From: Spirochaetia bacterium
GTDB lineage: Bacteria > Spirochaetota > Spirochaetia > CADAEX01
Assembly: GCA_963662265.2 (NCBI GenBank)
Contig: CAXXHA010000036.1
Span: 128,001-192,000, forward strand
DNA: 64,000 bases
Direction of reading: 5' to 3'
In this document: in pieces, positions 42,759-53,549 of the stretch
Numbering within the stretch: the stretch's first letter is position 1
How the letters are laid out: each line of letters opens with the position of its first letter
Program-made: the position numbers and the translations under genes
The notes under the pieces: model-generated
Told to the model about the DNA's origin: nothing
Database searches by the model: none
Seen by the model: the letters and a program-made list of their open reading frames with translations, nothing else

Positions 42759-43893
42759 ATGATGGCAGATCTTAAAAAAGCGGGTAAAAGAAACCGGTCT
42801 TTAAGGTTCAGCATACTTGTTTTTGTACTTGTTCTTACAACTGTTATGGGACTGATGCATACTTTCGGAAAGAAATTTAGAATTGCATCAATTGATTCCT
42901 TCTGTCCCTTTGGAGGTCTTGAGTCTATCTACGGATATTTTCAGGATGGCACATTTCTAAAGAGGACTAATTTTAATGACCTGCTTCTTTTAATAATAGT
43001 CACTGTCCTTGCACTTGTTTTCAGGAGAACTTTCTGCGGAAATATCTGTCCACTGGGAACTCTTCAGGAGCTTTTCGGGAAACTTCGTGGATTTTTCATA
43101 AAAAAACGGCTTGTTATCCCGGTACAGATAGACAGGGCGCTGAGATATCTCAAATATGTAGTGCTTGTTGTTGTCCTGGGGGCTACCTGGAAACTGGGAG
43201 TGCTTGTTATAAGGCCGTATGATCCGTGGCCTGCATATCATCACCTGTATTCTGAAGACCTGCTGGAGGAATTCCCGATCGGATTGGCAGTCCTTGCTGT
43301 TACACTTATCGGATCATTTCTCTATGACCGCTTTTTTCTGCAAATATCTCTGTCCAATGGGAGCCTTTCTTGGAATAGTCGGAAAGATCGGTTTTTTCAG
43401 GGTAAGGCGGAATTCAGAAACCTGTATAAACTGCAAACTGTGCTCAAAGGCATGTCCTGTAAATATTGATGTTGCTGTAGCAGATGATGTAAAGACCGCT
43501 GAATGCCTGAACTGCAACGAGTGTGTAAATGTCTGTCCTGTAGAAAATACACTTACAATATCGGGAAAGAAAAAGGGGAGAATCGGTTCTCTTTCTTTTA
43601 CAACTGTAACATTTATAGCAATTCTTGCTGTAGTAGGAGTGAGCACTGTTTCAGGAAGCTTCATATGGCTTATGCCTTCACTCGGTTATGAGGGATCTCT
43701 TGCAGATTTTGATCCTGATGATATAAGGGGGAAATATACCTTTGAAGAGGTCTCCCAGGCTACAGGAATTCCTGCAGAAGTTCTTAAAAGCAAATTCGAA
43801 CTGACTGATGATGAATATGTTCACCCGATAAAGGAATCCGGAAGGGAAACAAGTCTTGTCAGGGATTTTGTGCGGGAATTGCAGAATAAATAG
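42759..43893 (+). CDS. Membrane-bound 4Fe-4S protein (NapH/MauN/YccM-like); frameshift in T-run near 43335
   Basis: CPFGGLE, FCGNICPLG, FCKYLCPMG and two CxxCxxCxxxCP motifs. Confidence 0.85.
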
Positions 43894-43954
43894 CTGTCAG
43901 GATCCTATTCCGGAATAATCAGCTGATAATTACAAAGTATGTCAGTATCTGGTA

Positions 43955-43999
43955 AAAACCCCTTTTGTTGGTCAAAAATCCAATAGAAGAGGGGTTTTT
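43955..43999 (+). terminator. Rho-independent terminator
   Basis: AAAAACCCCTTTTGTTGG...CCAATAGAAGAGGGGTTTTT imperfect hairpin with A/T tracts. Confidence 0.65.
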
Positions 44000-44103
44000 A
44001 TGAAATTTACAGAACAGGAAGTTATTGATAGGGTGAACTAGTAAAGCTGGTCAGGCTTTTTTATAGGTATGTAGTGAATGTTTAATACTTCCTCAAAAGC
44101 ATC

Positions 44104-44133
44104 ACTTTACAGAACTTTTACAAAACTTTTACA
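44104..44133 (+). promoter_or_regulatory. Tandem direct repeat AACTTTTACA (11-bp period) upstream of acyl-CoA ligase
   Basis: Copies at 44113-44122 and 44124-44133, partial copy at 44104-44111. Confidence 0.4.
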
Positions 44134-44237
44134 TACAGATAACTGTGGAAATTGGATGTTAATGATGAGGGAGGTATATAATTACGGTCGCTACCTTAAT
44201 AAGCATCTTGTAATTTATACTTAAAAGGGGTCATGAA

Positions 44238-45901
44238 ATGACTGAACCAGCAGGATTAAATAAATTAACAGTACAGAACCTGATAAAAACAAGTAAAGAA
44301 AGATTTTCTAGTCTTCCCTGCCTGTCTCTTGTTGAATCAGAGCCTCTTACATACAGTGATGTTTATCAGAAATCAATCTATATAGCCCATATGCTTCAGA
44401 AGATGGGGATGGGAAAAGACAGTCATGTTGCAATATTGAGTGAAAACACACCCAACTGGGGGATTTCCTATTTTGCTGTTTCCCTCGCAGGATGTATTGC
44501 TGTACCTGTTCTTCCCGATTTTGCGCCGTCTGAGGTCAAGAATATATTGATCCATTCAGAAAGTGCTGTTTGTTTTTGTATCTGAAAAACTCAGGTATAA
44601 AATTGATAATTCAGATCTTGATATTAAAATAATAGTTATTGATGATTTTTCAATTGAAGATGATGATGTGAAAAAATCTGTTGAATCATCTGATATAAGC
44701 TTTACCGAATATGAAGCTGAAGAGGATGATGTTGCCTCAATTATATATACATCGGGAACAACCGGCCAGTCCAAGGGTGTAATGCTGACAAACCGGAATG
44801 TTATATCCAATGCTGTCGATGCAAGTCATATTCCTGAGATGGTTGAGGGAGACAGCATGCTTTCCATACTTCCGATGTCTCATACATATGAATGTTCTCT
44901 AGGATTTCTTCTTCCCGTGTATCTTGGCGCTGTTGTCTATTACCTGGGCAAACCTCCTACACCTACAGTACTTATTCCTGCGCTCTCGAAGATAAAGCCG
45001 GTTGCAATGCTTTCAGTTCCTCTCCTCATTGAAAAGATATACATGGCAGAAGATTCTAAAGACATTCCAGAAAAATATTATTTTAAAATCCCTGTATAGC
45101 ATATCTTTGTTCCGTAAAATTCTTAATAAAGCGGCAGGCCGAAAACTTTATAAACTTTTCGGCGGCAAGCTCAGGTTTTTCGGTATAGGGGGAGCGAAGC
45201 TGTCTGCTGATGTTGGAGCAGTTTCTGCTTGAAGCACACTTTCCCTATGCAATAGGATACGGCCTTACAGAAACTTCACCTCTTATTGCCGGAGACAATG
45301 CAACAAATACAATTTTCAGATCAACAGGGAGAATTCTTCAGAATGTGAATGTGAGAATAGACAACCCAGATCCTGAAACCGGGGTTGGCGAGATTGTTGT
45401 TAAAGGACCTAATGTGATGAAGGGGTATTATAAGAATCCTGAACTTACAGAAGAGGTCTTTACGGAAGACGGATGGTTCAGAACCGGTGATCTCGGTATC
45501 ATGACTGAGGGGCTACCTTTATATTAAAGGAAGAATCAAAAACCTGATACTCGGCCCGAGCGGTGAAAACATATACCCTGAATCAATAGAGGGTGTTATC
45601 AACAGCTGCGAATATGTTGAGGATTCTGTTGTATATGGTAGCAAGGGAAAGATTGTTGCCCTTGTCCAGCTTAACAGAGATGACCTGACAGCTAAATTCG
45701 AAGAGTTTAAGAAAGATGCTGCTGAAAGCACCAAGCAGCTCCAGGACTTCCTGTCATCGCATCTTACAGAAGTCAGAAAAAAGGTTAATTCCCAGCTGAA
45801 CAGCTTTTCAAGGATAAATTATCATGCATGAACAGATCGATCCTTTTGAAAAAACACCCACGAAAAAGATCAAGAGATTTCTTTACATTAAAAACCGTTG
45901 A
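44238..45901 (+). CDS. Long-chain fatty acid--CoA ligase (AMP-binding), multiple frameshifts
   Basis: IIYTSGTTGQSKG, GYGLTETSP, GWFRTGDLG, SGENIYPE, FEKTPTKKIKRFLY across consecutive fragments. Confidence 0.85.
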
Positions 45902-46034
45902 GTTAAAGACTGCAAAGGAATAACTTTTCCGGTTTAAAATTTATTACTGATGTAAAAATATCATCGGTCTGTTAGTAGTGTAATAATATATCCACAATAT
46001 TTTGGGAAAAACATATCAATGAATTTCCCCATTC

Positions 46035-46066
46035 AAAAACTGATTATCAGTAAATAATCAGTTTTT
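46035..46066. repeat. Perfect 13-bp inverted repeat (terminator or operator)
   Basis: AAAAACTGATTAT-cagtaa-ATAATCAGTTTTT. Confidence 0.45.
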
Positions 46067-46269
46067 CCCCTGTATAATTTTTATTTAACTGTATCAGCTA
46101 TTATAATAATAATGAGGCTCTTACTGTAAACAGCAGTATACGGGATATATTTTAAAAGAAATATTATTGCAACAATGGAATATATACAGTAAAAAAGGTT
46201 TATTGGCGAATATTATAAGGAAAAAAAGATTGACTGCCGAATAAACTCAGCTTACAATGAAAAGTACAA

Positions 46270-46932
46270 ATGAAGAAAGAAGATATTTATTCATTACTGT
46301 TTATTGTATTGCTCATTTTATTTTTCCTGATCCCTTCAACAAGGTCATCTTACACAGCTGCCTACCATTTTTCACCGCTTGCTGTTTCATTTATTAAATT
46401 TGCTGTTCTTGCGACTTTCGGGAGAGATGACAGGTGCAAGGGATAAGGACCGGGAAGTATCTTCCTGAAAACTTCGGTCTTTTTCCGAAAGCTCTGATAT
46501 GGGGATTCTGGGGAGCTGCAATTTTAATGGCATTCCGTATTTTTTCTAGGGGGAGTGTCCTCTTTTTCTTTCTCTTCCGCGGTGCGGAAGGACCTTATGA
46601 TGATAATTCTGAAAGCCTTTACTGTATCTTTTTTCATGAATATATTTTTTGCCCCTGTAATGATGCTTGGACACAGGATAACTGATCAGCATATACTTGA
46701 TGAGAAGGGGCATTTTTCTTTCAGCAGATTCAACACTGCAGAAATACTTAAAAAACTTGATTGGGACCTTTTCTGGGGCTTCCTGATGAAGAAGACAATA
46801 CCGCTTTTCTGGATACCTGCGCATACAGTTACTTTTCTTCTCCCTGAGGAGTTCCGAGTTCTCTTTGCAGCTCTGCTGTCAATTTTTCTTGGAGTTTTTC
46901 TAAGCCTGTCAAGCAGCCACAGGAAGAACTGA
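46270..46932 (+). CDS. Mpv17/PMP22-like membrane protein (frameshifted)
   Basis: SFIKFAVLATFGE, MNIFFAPVMMLGHR, KKTIPLFWIPAHTVTFLLP. Confidence 0.65.
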
Positions 46933-47141
46933 ATCAGAACAAAAATTTCAGCACTCATATAACAGGTGCTGGTTTGTATAGATAGAGACTTCCGTATTAA
47001 TCATCTTGCTTATTCCCTGCAAATTTCAACTGCAGGATATTGAATTCCAATGTCTGGTCAGATCAGTGCAGAACCTGAAGGTATAAATATACCTTATTTC
47101 TGTTTTCGGAAGACTTTTAAATCTTTAATCAGGAGTTAATC

Positions 47142-48756
47142 ATGCAGGAAGTATTGGTTCTTGGCGATGAAGCAGTTGCTTTGGGAGCTGTAGATGCCGG
47201 ATTATCAGTTGCTTACGGATATCCGGGTACACCTTCTACCGAAATTATGGAATATCTCATTGGTTACAGTGAGAAAAAAGATACAGGTTTAATTGCACGG
47301 TGGTGCACGAATGAAAAAACTGCCTGTGAAGGGGCCATAGGGGTTTCTTTCGGAGGAAGGAAAGCTCTTGTTACTATGAAACATGTGGGGCTGAATGTGG
47401 CAGCCGATGCTTTCATGAATTCCTCGCTAATGAAAATTCACGGCGGGCTCTGTTCTTGCTGTTGCAGATGATCCGGGTATGCATTCTTCACAGAATGAAC
47501 AGGATTCCAGGTTTTTTGCAGATTTCGCGAAAGTTCCCTGTTTTGAGCCCAGGAACCATCAGGAAGCATATGATATGGCAAGGGAAGCTTTTAAAGTTTC
47601 AGAATACTTCCATGTTCCTGTAATCCTCAAGCTTGTCACACGGCTCTCCCATTCAAGGGCAGTCATAAACAGGGGAGATACTGCAGACAGAACTGATTAC
47701 GGCAAGGCGCCTGATAAAAAAGACTGGATGGCAATTCCTGCTCTTTCAAAAGGCAACTGGAAAGAACACCTGGAGCTTCAGAAGGATTTTCTTAAATGAT
47801 TCTGAAGAAAGCAGTTTCAATCCGCTTGATATCAATGGTGAACGCAAAGATATTGCAGTAATTACAACAGGTCTTGCAGGAAACTACTACATGGAAAATG
47901 TTTCCGACATGAATCCTAAACCGTCCCATCTTCACATTGGGGTCTATCCCATACCTGAAGAAAAAATAATTGATCTTTGCGCAAGTGCGGAATAAAGTTA
48001 TTGTAATAGAAGAGGGTTATCCTTTTGTCGAGCGCTACATCAGGGGGTATTCTCCCGGGCGGTAAAGCTGTTGATGGCAAGATGAATAATGTTGTTGTTC
48101 CTGACGGGGAACTTGATCCTGACAATGTCAGAAAAGCTCTTTCTCTTCCGCCGCTTGAAGCACAGAAGCCTGTAAGCTTTCATCTGCCCGGACGGCCACC
48201 CCAGCTCTGCCAGGGATGTCCCCGACTCAGACAGCTTCTTTGCAATCAATGAGGCGCTTGAAAAGCTTGGGCGGCGGGACTGTCACAAGCGATATAGGCT
48301 GCTATGCGCTTGGCGCATATCCTCCATACAACACTGTTGAGACAATTCTGTGCATGGGTGCAAGTGTGGGAATGGCAAGAGGCGCATCCGAGGCTGGTCT
48401 TGAAAATGTTGTCGCAACAATCGGTGACAGCACATTTCTTCATTCCGGAATCACAGGTCTTATTGATGCTGTTTCAACAGATACTCCAATGACTCTTGTT
48501 ATTCTCGATAACTCAACAACAGCAATGACAGGCGGGCAGGATACCATACTCAGCTCAAGGCCAGATTAAAAATGTGGTTCTCGGCATGCGGAGTTAATCC
48601 TGAACATGTCAGGGAATTTGTCCCTCTCTCAAAGGAATCATGAAGAGAATGTGAAAATTCTCATGGATGAAATATCACATCCGGGGTTTTCTGTCGTTAT
48701 TCCTCTGCGGGAATGCATGACAGACACTCAGACAGAAAAAATCAAGGAAAGGTTAG
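47142..48756 (+). CDS. iorA: Indolepyruvate:ferredoxin oxidoreductase alpha subunit (multiple frameshifts)
   Basis: AYGYPGTPSTEI, NEKTA, MKHVGLNVAAD, HSSQNEQDSR, RPPQLCQGCP, SDIGCY, IGDSTFLHSG, TTAMTGGQ. Confidence 0.9.
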
Positions 48757-48767
48757 GAGAACAGGAA

Positions 48768-49350
48768 ATGGCTGAAAAAATAGATATTATATTGTCAGGT
48801 GTGGGAGGACAGGGTGTTCTCTCTGTAGGAGCTATTGTTTTCAATGGCTGCAATGAAGGAGGGGCTTAAAGTCCGTCAGTCTGAAGTCCATGGTATGGCG
48901 CAGCGGGGCGGTGCTGTACTGGCCCATTTGAGAATATCATCAGGCGTTATTGAGTGTGATCTTATCCCTAGAGGGGGGGCTGATGTTGTTCTGAGCATGG
49001 AGCCTCTTGAAGCGCTAAGGTATCTCGAATATCTCAGACCTAGCGGGGCTCTTGTGACTGCAGCCGAACCGTTTGAAAATATTCCCGATTACCCTGAAAT
49101 AGAGAAAATACATGAGGCTGTGAAGGCCCAGGTAAACGCAAACCTGATAGACGCGAAAAAACTCGCGAAAGAGGCGGGAGCAATGAGAGCTGTAAATATG
49201 GTTCTTGTCGGGGCTCTTTCTGTCAATCTTCCCTTGAAACCTGAATCCATAGAAGAGGCAATCAGGGAAAAATTTATTGCAAAAGGGGAAGCAATCGTAG
49301 AAACTAACCTTAAGGCATTTGCTCTTGGACGTGAAGCGGGAGGAAAATAA
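48768..49350 (+). CDS. iorB: Indolepyruvate:ferredoxin oxidoreductase beta subunit (frameshift near 48840)
   Basis: SGVGGQG, SEVHGMAQRGG, EPLEALRY, NMVLVGA, NLKAF. Confidence 0.9.
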
Positions 49351-50756
49351 TGAGTATTGAAAAAGAGCTTAATCCGCTCTTTTATCCTAAACAGATCGCG
49401 CTGATTGGTGCGACATCAAAACCTGACAAGGTGGGGAATATTATTCTAAAGCGCCTTATGACAACACGTGTCAGGCTCTACCCTGTTCATCCCAGGGAAA
49501 AGGAAATTGACGGGCTTGCAGTGATAAATGATGTCAATGATCTACCTGAAAACCTCGATATTGCGGTAATTACTATCGGGGCTCTGGGTGCGGTTGAATC
49601 GGCAGAGATCTGCGCGGCAAAAGGTACAAAGGTAATAATTGTTGTTGCAAGCGGTTTCGGCGAAGCAGGGGAGGAGGGGCACCTTCTCGAAAAACGGCTC
49701 GGTGAAATCAGGGAAAAATACGGCACAAGAGTTCTGGGGCCCAATACACTTGGTGTGTTTATGCCTGAAACAGGTGTCAATACAATATTTGTAGAGCATG
49801 GCGACCGCTCTCTTGCAGGGGGGGGAGGAGTTGCTTTCCTTACACAGAGCGGGTCTGTAGGTGCCGAAGCTCTCGGTTATGCATCGAACATCGGCTTCGG
49901 AATGAGGGTTTTTGTCGGGCTTGGAAACAAGATCGACCTTGATGAACTTGATTTTCTTAAGTATTTCGGAAATGACGGTAAAACCAAATCAATAGCAGTG
50001 TATGTTGAAAGCATTGAAAAGGGAAAGGATTTTCTCGAAGAAGCTTCCCGTATCAGCCGCGAAAAGCCTGTTATTGTGCTGAAGGCAGGAAGAACAGCTG
50101 CCGGGCAGTCTGCTGTAAGTTCTCACACAGGAAAGCTTGCAGGTTCTGACAGGGTAATAGACGGAGCATTCAGACAGCACGGTATTCTGAGGGTGCTGGA
50201 TGATGAGGAGCTCTGCGATGCTGCCAAGGTTCTTTCAATGTCATCTCTTCCAGGGGGAAACAGGATAGCGGTGGTAACTGCTGCCGGAGGATACGGTGTG
50301 ATGTGCGCCGATTATATCGAGGAAAAATCTTCAAGAGCCCAGCTTGCCATGGCCAGTTTTTCAGAAAAAACATCGGAAAGACTCAAGCAGGTTAACCTGG
50401 GTTTTGCATCATCGAAAAATCCGGTAGACATCACAGCAGCAGCAGACAGCGCGACATACGCGGAAAACCTTAAAATCCTGCTTGAGGATGACGGCGTTGA
50501 TATGGTTATCTGCATAGCATTCTTTTCCCCTGTGGGTATGTCTGATGACCTTGTGACTCATATTTCCGAAATGTCCCATAAATATGATAAGCCAGTTCTT
50601 GTTTTTACGGAATACGGTCCTTTTACAGACAGTTATCTGAAACGTTTCTACAATGAGGGAATTGCGGGATATCCTTCAATTTCAAGAGTTGTAAGAGCTG
50701 CAAGATTTCTTGTGGAAAGAAAACATCTGCTTGAAATTCCCGGAGGTGAAGCATGA
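49350..50756 (+). CDS. Acyl-CoA synthetase (ADP-forming), alpha subunit
   Basis: IALIGA, SGFGE, LGPNTLG, TQSG, LKAGRT..AVSSHTGKLAG (phospho-His), NPVD. Confidence 0.88.
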   Translation: MSIEKELNPLFYPKQIALIGATSKPDKVGNIILKRLMTTRVRLYPVHPREKEIDGLAVINDVNDLPENLDIAVITIGALGAVESAEICAAKGTKVIIVVASGFGEAGEEGHLLEKRLGEIREKYGTRVLGPNTLGVFMPETGVNTIFVEHGDRSLAGGGGVAFLTQSGSVGAEALGYASNIGFGMRVFVGLGNKIDLDELDFLKYFGNDGKTKSIAVYVESIEKGKDFLEEASRISREKPVIVLKAGRTAAGQSAVSSHTGKLAGSDRVIDGAFRQHGILRVLDDEELCDAAKVLSMSSLPGGNRIAVVTAAGGYGVMCADYIEEKSSRAQLAMASFSEKTSERLKQVNLGFASSKNPVDITAAADSATYAENLKILLEDDGVDMVICIAFFSPVGMSDDLVTHISEMSHKYDKPVLVFTEYGPFTDSYLKRFYNEGIAGYPSISRVVRAARFLVERKHLLEIPGGEA

Positions 50757-51427
50757 AGGAAATAGTAGCCGGGTGGCTTAAAAGCCTTAGAGTCGAAGGA
50801 AAGCCTGATGAATGGGAATCCAAGAATCTTCTCAGGCAGGCAGGGATAAATGTTCCCTCCGGTAAGAGAATAATGCCGGGAGAAAAAGTTGATCCGGGGG
50901 AACTTGATTTCCCTCTTGTTCTGAAGGTGTGCGACCCAGATATTCTTCATAAGACAGACAGGGGAGGCGTCAAACTCAATGTTACAGCTGAAAATTTTCT
51001 GGAAACCAAAAAAGAACTTGAGGCTGAATTCCCCTCTTCCCCGATACTTGCCGAGGCAATGTGCAAAATAAAGGGGACAGAATTTATTCTTGGAGGGCTT
51101 CTTGATCCTGTATTCGGCCCTGCTGTGATGGCTGGTGCAGGCGGGGTTCTTACAGAACTCTATAAAGATGCTGTTTTCCGCTTGTGTCCATGTTCAAAGG
51201 CAGAATCTGTAAGAATGCTTAAGGAGCTTAAAATATCTCCTGTTCTGGAAGGCTACAGGGGAAGCAAACTTGAACTTGATTCCCTTGCTGATGTAGTCTC
51301 CAGGGTCAGTCTTTTCTTTGATGCGTTTGAAGATAAACTGAGCCAGATAGATATCAATCCGATTGTATTTACTGATGACGGCTGGACAGCTCTTGACTGT
51401 GTTTTTATTCTCAAAGAGATGAAGTAA
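50753..51427 (+). CDS. Acyl-CoA synthetase (ADP-forming), beta subunit (ATP-grasp)
   Basis: FPLVLK, ILHKTDRGGV, DPVFGP, DINP. Confidence 0.88.
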   Translation: MKEIVAGWLKSLRVEGKPDEWESKNLLRQAGINVPSGKRIMPGEKVDPGELDFPLVLKVCDPDILHKTDRGGVKLNVTAENFLETKKELEAEFPSSPILAEAMCKIKGTEFILGGLLDPVFGPAVMAGAGGVLTELYKDAVFRLCPCSKAESVRMLKELKISPVLEGYRGSKLELDSLADVVSRVSLFFDAFEDKLSQIDINPIVFTDDGWTALDCVFILKEMK

Positions 51428-51451
51428 AACACTCAATATTATATTTTAAGG

Positions 51452-51471
51452 CTGACGGCGGAAGCCGTCAG
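51452..51471 (+). terminator. GC-rich hairpin with GGAA loop after the ior/acd operon
   Basis: CTGACGGC-GGAA-GCCGTCAG; weak U-tract. Confidence 0.5.
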
Positions 51472-51623
51472 GGTTTAAGATCCAGAGATCAGAATTTCAT
51501 CTTTTACTGTCAGTCATCATGATTTCTGTACAAATCAGTTTTTAACAGATATGAAGAATTGCAAATGATTGCATTTCTTTCGTGAAATGCGTTATGCGAA
51601 AAATAATATAAAGGATTCTGGAA

Positions 51624-52832
51624 ATGGGTATTTCAAAGGAAATAAAAGGTTTTATCGGAAACTCCTCATTCATCCGCAAAATGTTTGAAGAGGGAAATGA
51701 ACTGAAAAAAATATATGGAAAGGAAAATGTCTATGATTTTACGATAGGCAATCCTGACCTCAGGCCGCCTGAATCTTTCAGAAAAGCAATAATCAAAGCT
51801 CTTGAAAATAATGAGAGGGGATTTCACAGTTATATGCCGAATGCAGGGTATGATTTTGCAAGAAAGGCTGTAGCCGGTAGGGTGGCCTCTGAACAGTCCT
51901 CAGATGTGACAGGTGATAATATAATCATGACATGCGGGGCAGGTGGTGCGCTTAATGTAATTCTCCGAAGCATTCTCAACAGGGGGGACAATGTCATTGC
52001 ATCAATTCCCTATTTTGTTGAATACAAGTTTTATGCAGCCAATTTCGGCGGAGAAATGCAATTTGTGCCGTCAAAAGAAAATTTTGACCTGGATATAGGG
52101 GAAATAGAAAAAGCAATCGATAAATCTACTGCTGCTGTGCTTATTAACTCGCCGAATAATCCTTCCGGTATGATCTATCCTGAAACAACTATAAGGGAAC
52201 TCGGGAAAATGCTTGAATCAAAAAGCAAAGAGACTGGCAGGGAAATATATCTTCTATGCGATGAACCTTACAGGAAAATTGCCTATGACGGTATTACTGT
52301 GCCGCCTGTTTTCCCCCACTACAGAAATACCCTGATTGCAACATCATGCTCGAAAGATCTTTCAATTCCCGGTGAAAGGATAGGGTGGATTGCTGTTAAC
52401 CCTGCTGCAGATAATTATGAAGAACTTTCATCCGCACTTGTCATGTGCAACAGGATACTCGGTTTTGTCAATGCGCCCGCCCTGATGCAGAGGGCAATAG
52501 CAGTTGTGATAAATGATACTGCTGATATGAATGAATATCAGAGAAAGAAGGATATACTCTGCAAAGGTCTCAGGAAAATCGGTTATGAATTCAATGAGCC
52601 GAAAGGTACTTTTTACCTGTTTGTAAAATCCCCGGCAAGTGATGACCTGGGATTTGTAGATATTCTAAAGAAAAATCTGGTGCTTGCAGTGCCTGGAAGC
52701 GGATTCGGTATGCCTGGATATTTCCGTATTTCCTTCTGTGTATCAGATGATGTAATTAAAGGATCAATGGGAGGTTTTGAAGAAGCATATAAAACAGCAG
52801 TTGCAATGAGTAAAAGGGCTGGAAATGAGTAG
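51624..52832 (+). CDS. PLP-dependent aminotransferase class I/II
   Basis: INSPNNPSG, DEPY, SCSKDLSIPGERIG. Confidence 0.9.
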   Translation: MGISKEIKGFIGNSSFIRKMFEEGNELKKIYGKENVYDFTIGNPDLRPPESFRKAIIKALENNERGFHSYMPNAGYDFARKAVAGRVASEQSSDVTGDNIIMTCGAGGALNVILRSILNRGDNVIASIPYFVEYKFYAANFGGEMQFVPSKENFDLDIGEIEKAIDKSTAAVLINSPNNPSGMIYPETTIRELGKMLESKSKETGREIYLLCDEPYRKIAYDGITVPPVFPHYRNTLIATSCSKDLSIPGERIGWIAVNPAADNYEELSSALVMCNRILGFVNAPALMQRAIAVVINDTADMNEYQRKKDILCKGLRKIGYEFNEPKGTFYLFVKSPASDDLGFVDILKKNLVLAVPGSGFGMPGYFRISFCVSDDVIKGSMGGFEEAYKTAVAMSKRAGNE

Positions 52833-52947
52833 TCAGACTGATATTGCCTGCGGCAAACAGCTGGCTGGAATTTCTGCATTTTGCTTATTTGTAAAAAAAA
52901 TTTTAATAGCTTTTTGCTGAATATGCCCATATAATATACGGTATATT

Positions 52948-53409
52948 ATGAAATTTGATGAAGTAAATAAACAGATTCTTTCAATACTTCAGGAGGATGG
53001 ATCTATAACCAACTCCGAGCTGGCGAAAAAGATAGGGCTGGCTCCTGCGAGTACTCTTGAGAGGGTCAAGAAACTTGAAAAAACCGGTGTTATACGAAAA
53101 TATGTTGCGCTGCTTGATGCTGAAAAAGTGGGCCGTGATATTGTTGCGTTTGTCGAAATATCAATGAGTGAACATTCAGCAGAGGCTATAAGGCTTTTCA
53201 GCAGTGAAATAGCTAAAATACCGGAAGTTCTGGATTGTCACCACATCTCCGGGGACAAGGATTTTCTGCTTAAGGTTGTTACTGACAGTATTAAAAATTA
53301 TGAGAAATTTGCGCTTGAAAAACTGGCGGTAATTCCCCATGTAGGAAAAATCAGTACCCTGTTTGTTCTTTCAACTATTAAATCCGAAACATCACTGCAT
53401 CTTGAATAA
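52948..53409 (+). CDS. Lrp/AsnC family transcriptional regulator
   Basis: N-terminal HTH ELAKKIGL..STLERVKKLEKTGVI; C-terminal RAM domain ISGDKDFLLK. Confidence 0.92.
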   Translation: MKFDEVNKQILSILQEDGSITNSELAKKIGLAPASTLERVKKLEKTGVIRKYVALLDAEKVGRDIVAFVEISMSEHSAEAIRLFSSEIAKIPEVLDCHHISGDKDFLLKVVTDSIKNYEKFALEKLAVIPHVGKISTLFVLSTIKSETSLHLE

Positions 53410-53549
53410 ACATCTGTATTCAGTTATTTCTGGATACTGCCGAATATTATCCGGTTGTATTTCTTGACAGCCGAATCTTCAGGGAATACAATAAAATATT
53501 GTATCATTTCATTAACGAAATAAATTAAAAAATTTCAGGAGGTATTGAA

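Noticed and set aside
41309-48900. Pseudogene calls or programmed frameshifting for trpB, acyl-CoA ligase, iorA, iorB
   Set aside because: Breaks are single-base indels largely in homopolymers, several per gene, with motifs intact; sequencing error is more parsimonious
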